Below are positions 36,612 to 47,014 of a DNA stretch of 60,898 bases, piece after piece; within the stretch, counting starts at the first letter, position 1; the number at the start of each line of letters is the position of its first letter. The stretch spans positions 1-60,898 of the forward strand of contig JALVQI010000229.1 in assembly GCA_027031485.1 (NCBI GenBank), given 5' to 3'. The position numbers and the translations under genes were made by a program. The stretch comes from Candidatus Aminicenantes bacterium (lineage in GTDB: Bacteria; Acidobacteriota; Aminicenantia; JAMOAD01). The notes under the pieces were generated by a model. That model was not told the origin of the DNA and did no database searches. It was given only the letters and a program-made list of their open reading frames with translations.

Positions 36612-37522
36612 ACCTTTTTCCTTTTTTTAAAAGCTTTTTTGAATATTTTAACTGAGCTTAAAAGTTTTTTCAAAATAGAGGGGTTTTTTACGATTACCAA
36701 TAAATAAACAATATCTCTGAAAAAGATAAAAGGAAAGTGAAGTATAAATTGAAACACTTTTACATTCTTTATAAGGGTAAGATATCTGTTTTTAATTATG
36801 TGATATTGAATAAAAGGTGATCTTTTAAAAGTAAGGAAAAGTTTTCCGCTCCCGCTTGCCGTACCTGACCTGAAATGATAGGCAATTGCATCACTTACAT
36901 ATATTCCCTTCCAGCCTCTAATATTCGCTCTCCAACCCATATCAATATCATCAAAAAACATAAAAAAGTCCTCATCAAAGTATTCATCATCAATTTTTAT
37001 ATCTTCAAGAGTTTTTCTTCTGTAAAATGCAACAGCGCCGCATACGGAAAAAATTTCCCTTTTCCTTTCAATATCAGAAGCTTTTTTATTATAATCCCTT
37101 TCAACGGGATAAAGGGAAAGGGATAAAAACTGACCGGTGGAATCAATTGTCTTTCTGTCAAACCTGAGTATTTTCCCGGAAACAAGCCCAACCTCTTTAT
37201 CCTCAAATCCTTTTAATGCTTTCTCTATAAAATCCTTTTCAAGATATGTATCCTGATTCAAAATCAGGATAAAATCCCCGGAAGAATTTCTTATTCCCGA
37301 ATTGACTCCACCGGTGTATCCTAAATTTTTTTCAGGCATCATTATCTTTAAAGGAAAATCTGAATTTTTCCCGAATTCGGAAATTATTTCAACCGTTTTA
37401 TCCTTTGAAGCATTATCCACAACAATAAGCTCAAGGTCCCTAAAAGTTTGCTCTGCTACCGATTTAATCAACCTTTCTATGAATTTTTCCCCGTTATAGG
37501 TAACAATAATTACAGATACCAT
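36593..37522 (-). CDS. Glycosyltransferase family 2
   Basis: VSVIIVTYN, VVDNASKD, NLGYTGGVN, LNQD and FFMFFDDIDMGWR. Confidence 0.92.
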   Translation of the reverse strand: MVSVIIVTYNGEKFIERLIKSVAEQTFRDLELIVVDNASKDKTVEIISEFGKNSDFPLKIMMPEKNLGYTGGVNSGIRNSSGDFILILNQDTYLEKDFIEKALKGFEDKEVGLVSGKILRFDRKTIDSTGQFLSLSLYPVERDYNKKASDIERKREIFSVCGAVAFYRRKTLEDIKIDDEYFDEDFFMFFDDIDMGWRANIRGWKGIYVSDAIAYHFRSGTASGSGKLFLTFKRSPFIQYHIIKNRYLTLIKNVKVFQFILHFPFIFFRDIVYLLVIVKNPSILKKLLSSVKIFKKAFKKRKKVWMKNY

Positions 37523-40299
37523 TAAAAAGTCTTTCCTATTCTGAAAAAGTATCGCGGAGTGAAATCATTAACATCAAGGGTTGAAAGTGCAATTCCTCCG
37601 CTTAAGGTAAATCTGAAAGATGACCATAAAGTCATATCAAAAGATAATTCAACCCCCACACTAAAAGGATAATTAACACTATCTCCTTTCCATTCAACCC
37701 TTGAAAAATCAACAAACATCGTTGTGTAGATCTGTGAAAGAAAAAGAGAATAAAACTTAAAACCTCTTTCAACCACAACCAATGGATCCCTTATCTCAAG
37801 ATTCATGGTTATTATCCTATCTCCGACAAAGGATGTTTGTGAGTATGCCCTTTGAAGTGAAACAGAAGGATTGGAAACAGAAGGGTATGAATAATATCCC
37901 TCTTCCCCACCTACAAAATGAGCAATTTTCAGATCACCGGACGAATTATAAAAGGCAAGATTAAAAGCAATAACCTGATTTTTGAACATACCTTTAAGGT
38001 AAGCCCTCAAATCCAAAAAAATCTCCGAAACATTATAATCACTGCCCAAAAGTCTCATATTCCTTCTATAGCCAGCAGATAGCAAAAAACCATTCTCTCT
38101 TCCAAGGGATAATGGATAAGTGTGAGATGTATCAGTATTAATGTTAAACTCCAAACCTGCAAGTTTATAGCCCAGAGGAGAACCGGTTATACTATTAAGA
38201 CTATAATAGAGGGAGGTAAATATTTTTTTATAATAGTCTCCATATGAATAAAAGGTTCCGATTTTTAACTCTCTTTCAGTATAGCTTCCGTAATAGGAAT
38301 TGTTTGAAAATATATTTTTAAAATAAACATTGAAAGGTAAATACCAGATATAGTGGATTAAGGAGAATTCTCCGGAAGGATACTTTGAAGCTCTCCAATT
38401 ATAGTAGAGAGTTCCGTAAAAAATATTTCTGAAATAGGGGTCAGTCGATAGAGTCATCCCCCCAAAAAGATACCTTCCGTCCACCTTTGTATATGTGGGA
38501 AGCCAGAAGGTGGGTTTGTAAAATTTCAAAAGACTGGCTTTTTTCATTCTAACATTTTCTAAATTTTTATCTACTGTATTGTCAACAGAATTCTTATTTC
38601 CTATCTCTTTGACATCAATCTCCTTTTCACTGCCTTTTTTCTCCTTATCCTTTAATATTTCCACTCCATCTTTAAATACCGAAAGGAAATAAACCGACTT
38701 ATTATTTATAACAAAGCTTTTTAAATCAATGGGAGGGGATAAGATAATTTCAGCTTTCTTAGTTTTGGGGTCAAAAGAAACCAAGCTTTTTTTCTCCTTT
38801 GAAACAGAGACATAGTAGAGCTTTCCGTTTTTAAAACTCAGATATCTTTCAATATCAGGATCAGAGGTTATTTTTAAAAGTTTTTCATTGGTAATATCAT
38901 AAGAATAAATATCCCAACTTTCTCCATTTTGAGCTGAAAAATAAAGTATTTCTCCCCCTTTATCAAAAACAGGAAAAGAAATTTGCTGGAATTTAAGAAA
39001 ACTCTTTATAATTTTTTTTCCGTTCAAATCAAAAAGAATAAAGTTTGAATTTTTTCTATTATTTTTAATCGCGAATATCTTATCATCCTTATATTCAACA
39101 GGATAAAAAAGGGATTGACCTTTTGACAATCTCTCAACTTTTTTCCCCTTCAAATCATATAAATAGAGATCACTTATATATGAATAATTTTCATAAGTGT
39201 TAACCGCTGAAAAATAAAGCTTACTTCCGTCCGATGAAACGGAAAGGCTGGATATTGCATAAAAGCTCAATAGCTTTTCCTCTTCCCTGTTTTTTAACGA
39301 ATACTTTGCTATGTATGGCATTTCAAAAGGAGTTATTCTATAATAGTAAAAATTACCCTCACCGTCACTTTTTAAGTAATACTTCCAGAATCCGCTGTCA
39401 GTAATTTGTTCTGATTCAATCTTTAAACTCTCAAACTTTTTCTTATAAAAAGATTTAAGATCCTTATAGTGAAACAGTGGGAATTTACCTGTTTCTTTCT
39501 TTAATCCGAATGCAGGACTATATACTATCGGTTCTTTCGAGGATTTTTCAATTGATTTTACTATTTTATCCCAGCCATATTTATCCGCTATATAATTAAC
39601 AAGATAAGAACCATAAATATAGATAATCTCAGGACCCGGGAAAACATGAGTTCCCCCGTAAACCCTATCATAGGGGGGAAAATTATTAAAAACGGCATTG
39701 TTCTTCAAATAAGAAAGGTAATCCGAAGAGTTTAATCTTCCGAAACCCGTCTTTTTACTCTCACTATAAACGGCAATGCCCTCTAAAAACGCAGGTGGGA
39801 TTGAAAATTCAGGAAAGGTTAAAATAAACGGAGCTCTTCCGAAAACTTTTCTCAAAATCCTTGTAAGCTTCCTTCCCTGATCAAGATGAAAAATATGAGC
39901 CAATTCATGGGTTACAGCGATATCAAGCCAATCATCGTAATTGGAGATAGAAGAGCCAGCATTCGGAGGAAAGACAATAATTCCTATCCAATTGTAAGGA
40001 CTTACTGTGGCAAAGCCATTGGGAAAATCATAATTATTGTACAAGGAAATGACAATTCTTTTATCAGGCTTCCAATGAAAATATTTTGAAAGCTCTTCAT
40101 ATCTTTTTTCAGCAAGATTTTTAACCCTGTAAGCCGTTGACCGGATTTCCTCGGGAAAATATATCTCAAAGTGTTCGGATTCAATCTTATGAATTTTCAA
40201 AGTTGGATTCAAACTTAAAACAGAATACTCCTGGCAAAAAACATTAATTACCGCTATGAAAGAAAATAAAATAATAACTCTAATACTTTTACTTTTCAT
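37522..40299 (-). CDS. Omp85-family protein with an N-terminal HExxH metallopeptidase-like domain and a TolB/WD40-like propeller
   Basis: ESEHFEIYF, THELAH and FLEGIAVYSES; propeller repeats (SSDGSKLYFS, SWDIYSYD); C-terminal barrel with QRAY...GD, FVDF and terminal FRIGKTF. Confidence 0.75.
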   Translation of the reverse strand: MKSKSIRVIILFSFIAVINVFCQEYSVLSLNPTLKIHKIESEHFEIYFPEEIRSTAYRVKNLAEKRYEELSKYFHWKPDKRIVISLYNNYDFPNGFATVSPYNWIGIIVFPPNAGSSISNYDDWLDIAVTHELAHIFHLDQGRKLTRILRKVFGRAPFILTFPEFSIPPAFLEGIAVYSESKKTGFGRLNSSDYLSYLKNNAVFNNFPPYDRVYGGTHVFPGPEIIYIYGSYLVNYIADKYGWDKIVKSIEKSSKEPIVYSPAFGLKKETGKFPLFHYKDLKSFYKKKFESLKIESEQITDSGFWKYYLKSDGEGNFYYYRITPFEMPYIAKYSLKNREEEKLLSFYAISSLSVSSDGSKLYFSAVNTYENYSYISDLYLYDLKGKKVERLSKGQSLFYPVEYKDDKIFAIKNNRKNSNFILFDLNGKKIIKSFLKFQQISFPVFDKGGEILYFSAQNGESWDIYSYDITNEKLLKITSDPDIERYLSFKNGKLYYVSVSKEKKSLVSFDPKTKKAEIILSPPIDLKSFVINNKSVYFLSVFKDGVEILKDKEKKGSEKEIDVKEIGNKNSVDNTVDKNLENVRMKKASLLKFYKPTFWLPTYTKVDGRYLFGGMTLSTDPYFRNIFYGTLYYNWRASKYPSGEFSLIHYIWYLPFNVYFKNIFSNNSYYGSYTERELKIGTFYSYGDYYKKIFTSLYYSLNSITGSPLGYKLAGLEFNINTDTSHTYPLSLGRENGFLLSAGYRRNMRLLGSDYNVSEIFLDLRAYLKGMFKNQVIAFNLAFYNSSGDLKIAHFVGGEEGYYSYPSVSNPSVSLQRAYSQTSFVGDRIITMNLEIRDPLVVVERGFKFYSLFLSQIYTTMFVDFSRVEWKGDSVNYPFSVGVELSFDMTLWSSFRFTLSGGIALSTLDVNDFTPRYFFRIGKTF

Positions 40300-40324
40300 A
40301 AAAAATTATAACACAAAATAAAAA

Positions 40325-40705
40325 TTATTCTGAATAACTTCTCACAATATCATCAGCAGTGTTAAAATATCTATCCATACCAGCCGAGATTATCTTGTAT
40401 GTATCGCCTTCCTTTTCATATTTATAATAGTTCCCCCATGGATCAACGGGAACACTTCTCAAATAATTCGGTACGAGTTCGGAAAGTGTTTCGGGTAAAA
40501 CTCCCTTTTCACTGTAATAAAGTGAAATTGCTTGCCGAATCATTGTAATATCAGTGGAGATGGCAGCATCGGAAGCCTTCTCCATTGAAGACTTTACAAT
40601 AGTTTTTTTCCCTTCCTCTTTTGAAGGTGAAAGGTAGAATTTGTAAACCACAAAAAGTATCAAAAGAGCCACCAATATTGAAATAAAACTCATCCTGATT
40701 TTCAT
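40325..40705 (-). CDS. Type II secretion GspG-like pseudopilin domain protein
   Basis: N-terminal TM; AISLYY...LPETLSELV, PVDPWGNYYKY and ISAGMD..FNTADDI. Confidence 0.8.
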   Translation of the reverse strand: MKIRMSFISILVALLILFVVYKFYLSPSKEEGKKTIVKSSMEKASDAAISTDITMIRQAISLYYSEKGVLPETLSELVPNYLRSVPVDPWGNYYKYEKEGDTYKIISAGMDRYFNTADDIVRSYSE

Positions 40706-41266
40706 TTACTCCTCCTTTTTTAAACTGATACCCCATTTCCCATGCTTTTCCCCGATGGAATAATATTCAGTCGTATGATAGGATGAAACTATCGGAGAAA
40801 TAGCATGAATATCTATTTTACCATTTTTCACATATTCTTCTTTCACAAAGATTTTCATAACCTCTCCGTAAACAAGATTATGGTCAAAAAGTTTTAACTC
40901 TCCTCTGTATTTCACTTCATAGCTTATGGGAGATTCAGCTATTCTCATAGACTTAATTGATGAGGAGTTTTCATATTTAAGGTTGACAATCTTTGACTTA
41001 TCATGTTTTTTGCCTGTTAAAAAGCCTGCTCTATCCGCTTCTTTTAAAATTTCTTCGGTAACAATATTAATTGTAAAATCTTCAAACTCCCTAATAAGTT
41101 TATATGTAAATCTCTTCTCCTTCATCCCCACACCGACTATCGGAGGATTATCATTTAACTGCCCGAAATATATATATGTTGAAGGATTCGGGGGATTGTT
41201 TCCGGAAACGACCAAAACCAAAGGGGTTACATGCGGCAAATGATTTGTTTTCACTTCAACCTTCAT
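40706..41266 (-). CDS. Flavin reductase family protein
   Basis: PLVLV, PPIVGV, DFTINI, IAESPISYE and DHNLVYGEV. Confidence 0.85.
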   Translation of the reverse strand: MKVEVKTNHLPHVTPLVLVVSGNNPPNPSTYIYFGQLNDNPPIVGVGMKEKRFTYKLIREFEDFTINIVTEEILKEADRAGFLTGKKHDKSKIVNLKYENSSSIKSMRIAESPISYEVKYRGELKLFDHNLVYGEVMKIFVKEEYVKNGKIDIHAISPIVSSYHTTEYYSIGEKHGKWGISLKKEE

Positions 41267-41438
41267 AAAAAAGTATAAACTTTTAAGATAGGTTTTTCAA
41301 GACAGTGAGATGAGTCAAAAATAATCATACCGAAAGGGATAAGTTTAATCAGAAAAAAATCATAAAAACTTCATTTATTATATTAAAAACAACACAATCT
41401 CTGATTGACAATCATAAAAAGCTGTGTTATTTTTAAAC

Positions 41439-42578
41439 ATGAATGAAAATTTTTTAAAAGAAGACACAAATTTGAACACCATCTTAGTAGTTGACGATGA
41501 ACCAAACATAAGAGAGTATGTAAAGGAACTTTTAGAGGAACAGGGGGGGTATGAAGCCATTACAGCTTCCAATGGTAAAGAAGCTCTTGATTTTTTCTTA
41601 AAAAACAGAGATAAAATCGCTATTATCATGTCTGACATAAAAATGCCGGTCATGGACGGCCTTGAATTCTTAAAAGAGGTAAAATTAATTGAACCTGATG
41701 CTGTTGTAATTATGATTTCCGCTTTAAATGACATAAAATCTGCAATTAATGCAATGGATAGAGGCGCATACACCTATATAACAAAACCATTTAAAATGTC
41801 CGAACTTTTAATAGTGGTAAAAAGAGCTATAGAAAAGAGAAAATTACTTATTGAAAATAAAAGATATCAGCTTCACCTTGAAGAATTAGTTAAAGAAAGA
41901 ACAAAAGAGCTTGAAAAAGCCTACAAAGAATTAGACGAAGTTTTTAATTCCACCCTTTTAACACTTGTTAATGCCCTTGATGCGAGAGATACTGAAACAG
42001 AAGGACATTCCGAGAGAGTTACCTATTACACTCTGGAACTTGCAAAAAACATGGGAATAAAGGATGAAAAGTTTTTAAAAACACTAAAAATAGCCGCACT
42101 TCTCCATGACATAGGGAAAATAGGTATCCCCGATGAAATATTAAGAAAACCCGGTAAACTTAGTGAAGAAGAGTGGCAGATAATGAAACAACATCCGATG
42201 TTAGGATACAAGATTTTAAAAAACATAAAACAATTAAACGATGTTGCTGAAATAGTTCTTCACCATCACGAGAGATTTGATGGCACAGGATATCCGGTAG
42301 GTTTAAGGGGAGAAGAAATTCCGTTAGGTTCAAGGATTTTTTCTGTTGCTGATACGATAGATGCGATGACTTCAGACAGGCCTTACAGAAAAGCTCTCAC
42401 CTTTGAAAAAACAGCAGAAGAACTAAAAAAATGGAGCGGGAAACAATTTGATCCGAAGGTTGTTGAAGCATTTTTCAAAAAACATTTAAATGAATGGAAA
42501 GAATTAAAAGAAAAATTAAAACAGGATTCTTTTTCAACCTTTGATGATATTGATTTTTATGACCCGGAAACAAAGTAA
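41439..42578 (+). CDS. Response regulator with an HD-GYP cyclic-di-GMP phosphodiesterase domain (RpfG-like)
   Basis: REC domain (VVDDE, SDIKMP, KP); GHSERV, LHDIGK, HHERFDGTGYP and DRPYR. ATG 41439 follows TTGACA-17-TATTTT. Confidence 0.93.
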   Translation: MNENFLKEDTNLNTILVVDDEPNIREYVKELLEEQGGYEAITASNGKEALDFFLKNRDKIAIIMSDIKMPVMDGLEFLKEVKLIEPDAVVIMISALNDIKSAINAMDRGAYTYITKPFKMSELLIVVKRAIEKRKLLIENKRYQLHLEELVKERTKELEKAYKELDEVFNSTLLTLVNALDARDTETEGHSERVTYYTLELAKNMGIKDEKFLKTLKIAALLHDIGKIGIPDEILRKPGKLSEEEWQIMKQHPMLGYKILKNIKQLNDVAEIVLHHHERFDGTGYPVGLRGEEIPLGSRIFSVADTIDAMTSDRPYRKALTFEKTAEELKKWSGKQFDPKVVEAFFKKHLNEWKELKEKLKQDSFSTFDDIDFYDPETK

Positions 42579-42663
42579 AAAGCCATTCCTTTGTTTATGA
42601 CTTCCAATGAAAAGGAAACAAAAATATGTTATAATGTGAGACTTTTCTGAAGAGGAGGTTTTA

Positions 42664-43704
42664 ATGAAACTGTTAGTCACAGGTGGTGCGGGTTTTTTAG
42701 GTTTTCACATTGTCAATGAATTTTATAAAAAAGGAATTAAGAATATTGCTATCCTGGACATTGCCGATTATATCAAAGAGGAATATCCGAAAGAGACAAT
42801 CTACTATAATGCGGATGTAAGAGACAGAGAAAAACTTGAGAATATTATAAAAAACGGAAATTATGATTACATAATTCATGCGGCGGCGGCTCTTCCTCTC
42901 TGGAGCAAAAAAGATATTTACACCACAACTGTTGACGGGACAAAAAATGTTCTGGAATTAGCTAAAAAACATGGAGTTAAAAGGGTTACATATATATCAT
43001 CAACAGCAGTTTACGGGGTTCCGAAATATCATCCGATTTATGAGGACAGTCCGAGAGTAGGAGTCGGAGCTTACGGAGAAGCAAAAATAAAAGCCGAAGA
43101 TATCTGTTTTGAAGCTCAAAAAGATATGGTTGTAGCCGTCATAAGGCCAAAAACATTTATCGGCACCGCAAGATTAGGAGTTTTTCAAATACTTTATGAC
43201 TGGGTTGAGAGTGGTAAAAGAATACCGGTTATAGGAAATGGTAAAAACAGGTATCAATTACTTGAAGTTGAGGATCTTGTAGAGGCCATATACCTAACTT
43301 TGACAGAAGATGAAAACAAGGTTAATGATGTATTCAATGTGGGAGCTGAAGAGTTCAAAACAGTCAGGGAAGATGTAGGAGCACTCTGCGAATATGCAAA
43401 AAGCGGAGCAAAGGTAATGCCTATACCTTCAATTCTTGTAAAACCTCCTTTAATGCTTTTTGAGGCATTGAAATTATCACCCCTTTACAAATGGGTTTAT
43501 GGCACGGCGGACAAAGAATCCTTTGTCTCAGTTGATAAAATAAAAAAAGCCCTCGGTTGGAAAGCAAAATATTCAAATGCTCAGGCCTTGATAAGATCCT
43601 ACCAATGGTATTTAGATAATAAAGATCAAATTAAAGATGTAGGTGTAACACACAGAGTTGGATGGGATCAGGGTATTTTAAAATTGTTTAAGAAATTTCT
43701 CTGA
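42664..43704 (+). CDS. NAD-dependent epimerase/dehydratase (extended SDR)
   Basis: TGGAGFLG, ISSTAVYG and YGEAK. Confidence 0.9.
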   Translation: MKLLVTGGAGFLGFHIVNEFYKKGIKNIAILDIADYIKEEYPKETIYYNADVRDREKLENIIKNGNYDYIIHAAAALPLWSKKDIYTTTVDGTKNVLELAKKHGVKRVTYISSTAVYGVPKYHPIYEDSPRVGVGAYGEAKIKAEDICFEAQKDMVVAVIRPKTFIGTARLGVFQILYDWVESGKRIPVIGNGKNRYQLLEVEDLVEAIYLTLTEDENKVNDVFNVGAEEFKTVREDVGALCEYAKSGAKVMPIPSILVKPPLMLFEALKLSPLYKWVYGTADKESFVSVDKIKKALGWKAKYSNAQALIRSYQWYLDNKDQIKDVGVTHRVGWDQGILKLFKKFL

Positions 43705-43705
43705 T

Positions 43706-44044
43706 CTACTCTTTCTCATCAAAAAATAACGGAATATTTTCTGTCTGAGTGAAAAAATTATCAAGATTTTTTCTTATGTTCTGAGTAACAGCAATTTTTT
43801 TCTTTAAAATTTCCGTTTTTTCTCTTAAACTATCTTCGACCCTTTTTCCAAATTCAAAAACCTCTTTTAGTAATTTTTCCTCTTCAGGTTTTTGAATTCT
43901 TATTTTTTCAATTTTTTTAAAAAGAGTATGATTGGATTTAATTAACCGTTCAATCTCACTCCAATTTTCTTCTTTTAAAGCAAGTTCTTCTTTCTCTAAA
44001 TTTTCCTTTATTTTTTTTAACAAATCAAGATTACTATCACCCAT
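43706..44044 (-). CDS. FliT-like flagellar chaperone
   Basis: Short helical protein directly after fliS, with WSEIERLI. The start is uncertain (44044 or 44092). Confidence 0.55.
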   Translation of the reverse strand: MGDSNLDLLKKIKENLEKEELALKEENWSEIERLIKSNHTLFKKIEKIRIQKPEEEKLLKEVFEFGKRVEDSLREKTEILKKKIAVTQNIRKNLDNFFTQTENIPLFFDEKE

Positions 44045-44489
44045 ATATTTCAAGCCTTTTCTCTTCTTTCTGCCCCATTGAAGAAATACCATTTACGGAA
44101 GCTTCTTCTTTATTTCCGTTTTTCTTCTTTTTAATCATCTCTTTCCATGTTGAATGAAGTTCCTTAAAAATATTTTCCACTGTTTCAAGCTTTTTAAGAT
44201 CATTGTTAAAATTAAATTCACTTAACTCTTTTGTTGAAAATAAATATAAATTATCCAGATTTTTTGCTATTATACCGCCCTTATCAAAATCTAAAATTGA
44301 TCTTAAATAGGAAATAATATCTATAACTCTGTTCACTTTCTCAACCTTTCCCTCAACATCCCCTTTTCTTAGATTTTCCTTAATTTCATTAATAAATCTT
44401 AAAGTTCCGCTGTAAATAAAAGCGATAAGTTCATCTCCATCCAAATTTGAAATTTCATTTTCAATATAACTTTTTGATTCAAAACTCAT
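44037..44489 (-). CDS. fliS: Flagellin export chaperone FliS
   Basis: LRSILDFDKGGIIAKNLDNLYLF...ELHSTW; located after fliD. Confidence 0.92.
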   Translation of the reverse strand: MSFESKSYIENEISNLDGDELIAFIYSGTLRFINEIKENLRKGDVEGKVEKVNRVIDIISYLRSILDFDKGGIIAKNLDNLYLFSTKELSEFNFNNDLKKLETVENIFKELHSTWKEMIKKKKNGNKEEASVNGISSMGQKEEKRLEIYG

Positions 44490-44503
44490 ACTAAAACCTC
44501 CCT

Positions 44504-46414
44504 TTATCTACTAATACCTGTAAAATTATTCTGAAGGCTCATTAACAATTGTTGCATTTGAGCCATCGCTCTGTTTGCAGCATCAAATTCCTGAAACAGT
44601 CTTTGTCTTTCATCTTCAAGGTCCTGTCTAAATTCTTCAATTCTCTCATTTAGATTTTTTATATTAGTGTCAAGATTATTGAGCTCCTTGGTAATGGGTC
44701 CCTCATTTCCTGTTTCAGTACTCAAGAGATCCTTCAATCTTTCGTTAAAATTTGAAATAACTCCATAAGTTAAACTCACATTCCCGAAAGAACCCGTACT
44801 TGTCATTGTCCCAAAGATCTTCAAACCTTCCACAGGTCCTTCAGAACCTGTCAAGACTCTCCCTTCACCTGTCGCAGCATATCCCCCTATTGTTCCTGCA
44901 ATATCAACACCCGTATCCGTAAGCTGAGTTGTTCCTATTCCTGTCCCGCCTGCATCCGCAGCAACATTTGAAACTATGGAGAAAGTTTCAGATGAGCCAT
45001 AGTTGTCCGTTTGAACAACAAGATAATTACCATTGCTCGTAGCACTTATAGGAACACTATTATTATCCATTACAGTATTAATCTTTTCTATAATATCATC
45101 CAAAGTATCATTTTGACTTAAATCCACACTATAATCATTTCCATCATAGGTTATTGTAAGGGTTTCATCCTGGGAAATTCCCCCGACCGGAACTTCGTAA
45201 GAACCCTGTATGGAAGCCCTCTCAGGCGCTGCTGTAATTTCCACGGCATATGTCCCGGCTTCTGTGCTGCTTGTTCTCGCAATATAAGACACATTCGTAT
45301 TTGATGTTGTTGCTATTTCCTCAAAGACTTTTTTAACTCCTTCATAATCATCCTCTATAGCATCCTCAAATTTTTCCGAGTCAAGATAGATAGTACCATC
45401 ATTGTTCATCCTTATACCTATATCAACCAGACTCTGATATGTGGCATCAGAATCAATACCTTCCACTTTCGATGAAATCATCTCCAACACAGCAGACTGA
45501 ACACTTCTTGCCGCACTGTTTCCGGAAAGAGGTCCTGCACTTTTTGTTTCCTCATTGTAAGAAAATTGTGAATTCAAATATGAAATAACATCATTATACT
45601 TTGAGACAAAATCATTTATTTTTGACTCTAAATTACTAAAATCATTATTAATAGTTAGAGTAACTGTCTTTGTTGCATCAGCCTGTTTTAAGTTTAAAGT
45701 AACTCCCTCTATCACATCATCTATTGTATTGGATGATCTTGTAATAGCATCCGAAACATCCGTTGTATTTACATTAATTAAAGCATCCTGAGCTGAGATC
45801 TTTTCAGTCATATTTGTTCCCACACCTGTATCATCAATGGTAAAAGCATAATCAGTCCCTGTTTCCGTTGCTGTTATCTGGAGTTTATACTCTGAGCCAT
45901 CATAAATCACAGTAGCTCTTACATCAAGACCGGAATTGTTTATTGCATCCCTGAGACCTGTCAAACTTCTTGTCTCACCAGTGATATCAATATCAACTGT
46001 TTGTCCGTTCTGAGTTATTGAAAAAGTTGTCCCGTCCGTAAGCACTTCGGAATCGGCGGAAGAAAATCCATCAGAGCTATCTGATTCAGCTCTTGCAAGT
46101 TGCCTTACAATTATATAATAATCTCCTGTTTGAGCTCCGCTTTGCGTTGTGGCGGTCAGGATATCTTCATCCGAAACAGCAGCACTTCCGGTTGATATCG
46201 AATCAAAATCGGATAATGTGGAAACAGCGGATTTCAGGGAGGAGACTTTTGTATTTAATGTTTGAAGAGCGGATTTCTCTGCCTCATAGGACTGAATTTC
46301 ATTTTGATAATTTCTGATAGGATAACTTTTTGCATATATAATCTTATTAACAATATCATTAACATCGAGTGGACCTGCGGCAAACATCCCACCATAGATA
46401 CTTGATGTATCCAT
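44504..46414 (-). CDS. fliD: Flagellar filament cap FliD
   Basis: LDVNDIVNKI, VRQLARA, AQDA, RSSNTIDDVIEGVTLNL, FVSKYNDV and a C-terminal coiled coil. Confidence 0.93.
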   Translation of the reverse strand: MDTSSIYGGMFAAGPLDVNDIVNKIIYAKSYPIRNYQNEIQSYEAEKSALQTLNTKVSSLKSAVSTLSDFDSISTGSAAVSDEDILTATTQSGAQTGDYYIIVRQLARAESDSSDGFSSADSEVLTDGTTFSITQNGQTVDIDITGETRSLTGLRDAINNSGLDVRATVIYDGSEYKLQITATETGTDYAFTIDDTGVGTNMTEKISAQDALINVNTTDVSDAITRSSNTIDDVIEGVTLNLKQADATKTVTLTINNDFSNLESKINDFVSKYNDVISYLNSQFSYNEETKSAGPLSGNSAARSVQSAVLEMISSKVEGIDSDATYQSLVDIGIRMNNDGTIYLDSEKFEDAIEDDYEGVKKVFEEIATTSNTNVSYIARTSSTEAGTYAVEITAAPERASIQGSYEVPVGGISQDETLTITYDGNDYSVDLSQNDTLDDIIEKINTVMDNNSVPISATSNGNYLVVQTDNYGSSETFSIVSNVAADAGGTGIGTTQLTDTGVDIAGTIGGYAATGEGRVLTGSEGPVEGLKIFGTMTSTGSFGNVSLTYGVISNFNERLKDLLSTETGNEGPITKELNNLDTNIKNLNERIEEFRQDLEDERQRLFQEFDAANRAMAQMQQLLMSLQNNFTGISR

Positions 46415-46453
46415 TTTTCTCCTCCAATACTATTTTTTATTTATATTACTATA

Positions 46454-46975
46454 CTAAATATTCCTGTTTAAGATCAAACCCTTTGTTTCCAGAGCACTTT
46501 TTCCGTCATAAAGATGGGATTTTGAGTTCTCTTTTCTCTCCATCTTCTCCTCATTCTTTTTGTTCTGCCTGTAAAGCTCCACTATAAACTTATAGAACTC
46601 TTTCGGTGGAATCTGTTTAATAACTTTTTTTGTTTTTTTGTCAAGAATTTTTATAATATCTCTTTTGGTCTCCTTGTCTCTCTCAAACTTGAGTTCCGTA
46701 TTTTCAAGTGTCTGAATTTGTTCTTTAATCTTCTCATAATTTTCTTTTATACTTTCCTTAATGGAATTTATGTCCATAAGCTCTTCTGCGGGAGGAGCAG
46801 TATGTTTGTCAACATTCTCTCCCTTATTTTCAGCTGTTTTTCCTTTTATACGAACACTATCTTCATAGGAACTTACTTTACTAACGGGAGGAGCAGAGTG
46901 AGGAGGGGATGAATACTCCCCTCCTTTATATGTCACACTCTTTATCTCATTTAAATTTACAGCTTCCACAGACAT
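46454..46975 (-). CDS. flaG: Flagellar protein FlaG
   Basis: LKFERDKET...ILDKKTKKVIKQIPPKE and a terminal GLILN; located between the flagellin gene and fliD. Confidence 0.88.
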   Translation of the reverse strand: MSVEAVNLNEIKSVTYKGGEYSSPPHSAPPVSKVSSYEDSVRIKGKTAENKGENVDKHTAPPAEELMDINSIKESIKENYEKIKEQIQTLENTELKFERDKETKRDIIKILDKKTKKVIKQIPPKEFYKFIVELYRQNKKNEEKMERKENSKSHLYDGKSALETKGLILNRNI

Positions 46976-47014
46976 TTTTCCCCCTCTTTAAAAAAGAGAG
47001 TTTAAAAATTATCC

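Noticed and set aside
40325-40705. Complete type II secretion system
   Set aside because: There is only one GspG-like gene, with no clear prepilin cleavage motif and no other gsp genes in the window.
41378-41773. 131-aa minus-strand ORF
   Set aside because: It is the antisense shadow of the response regulator receiver domain.
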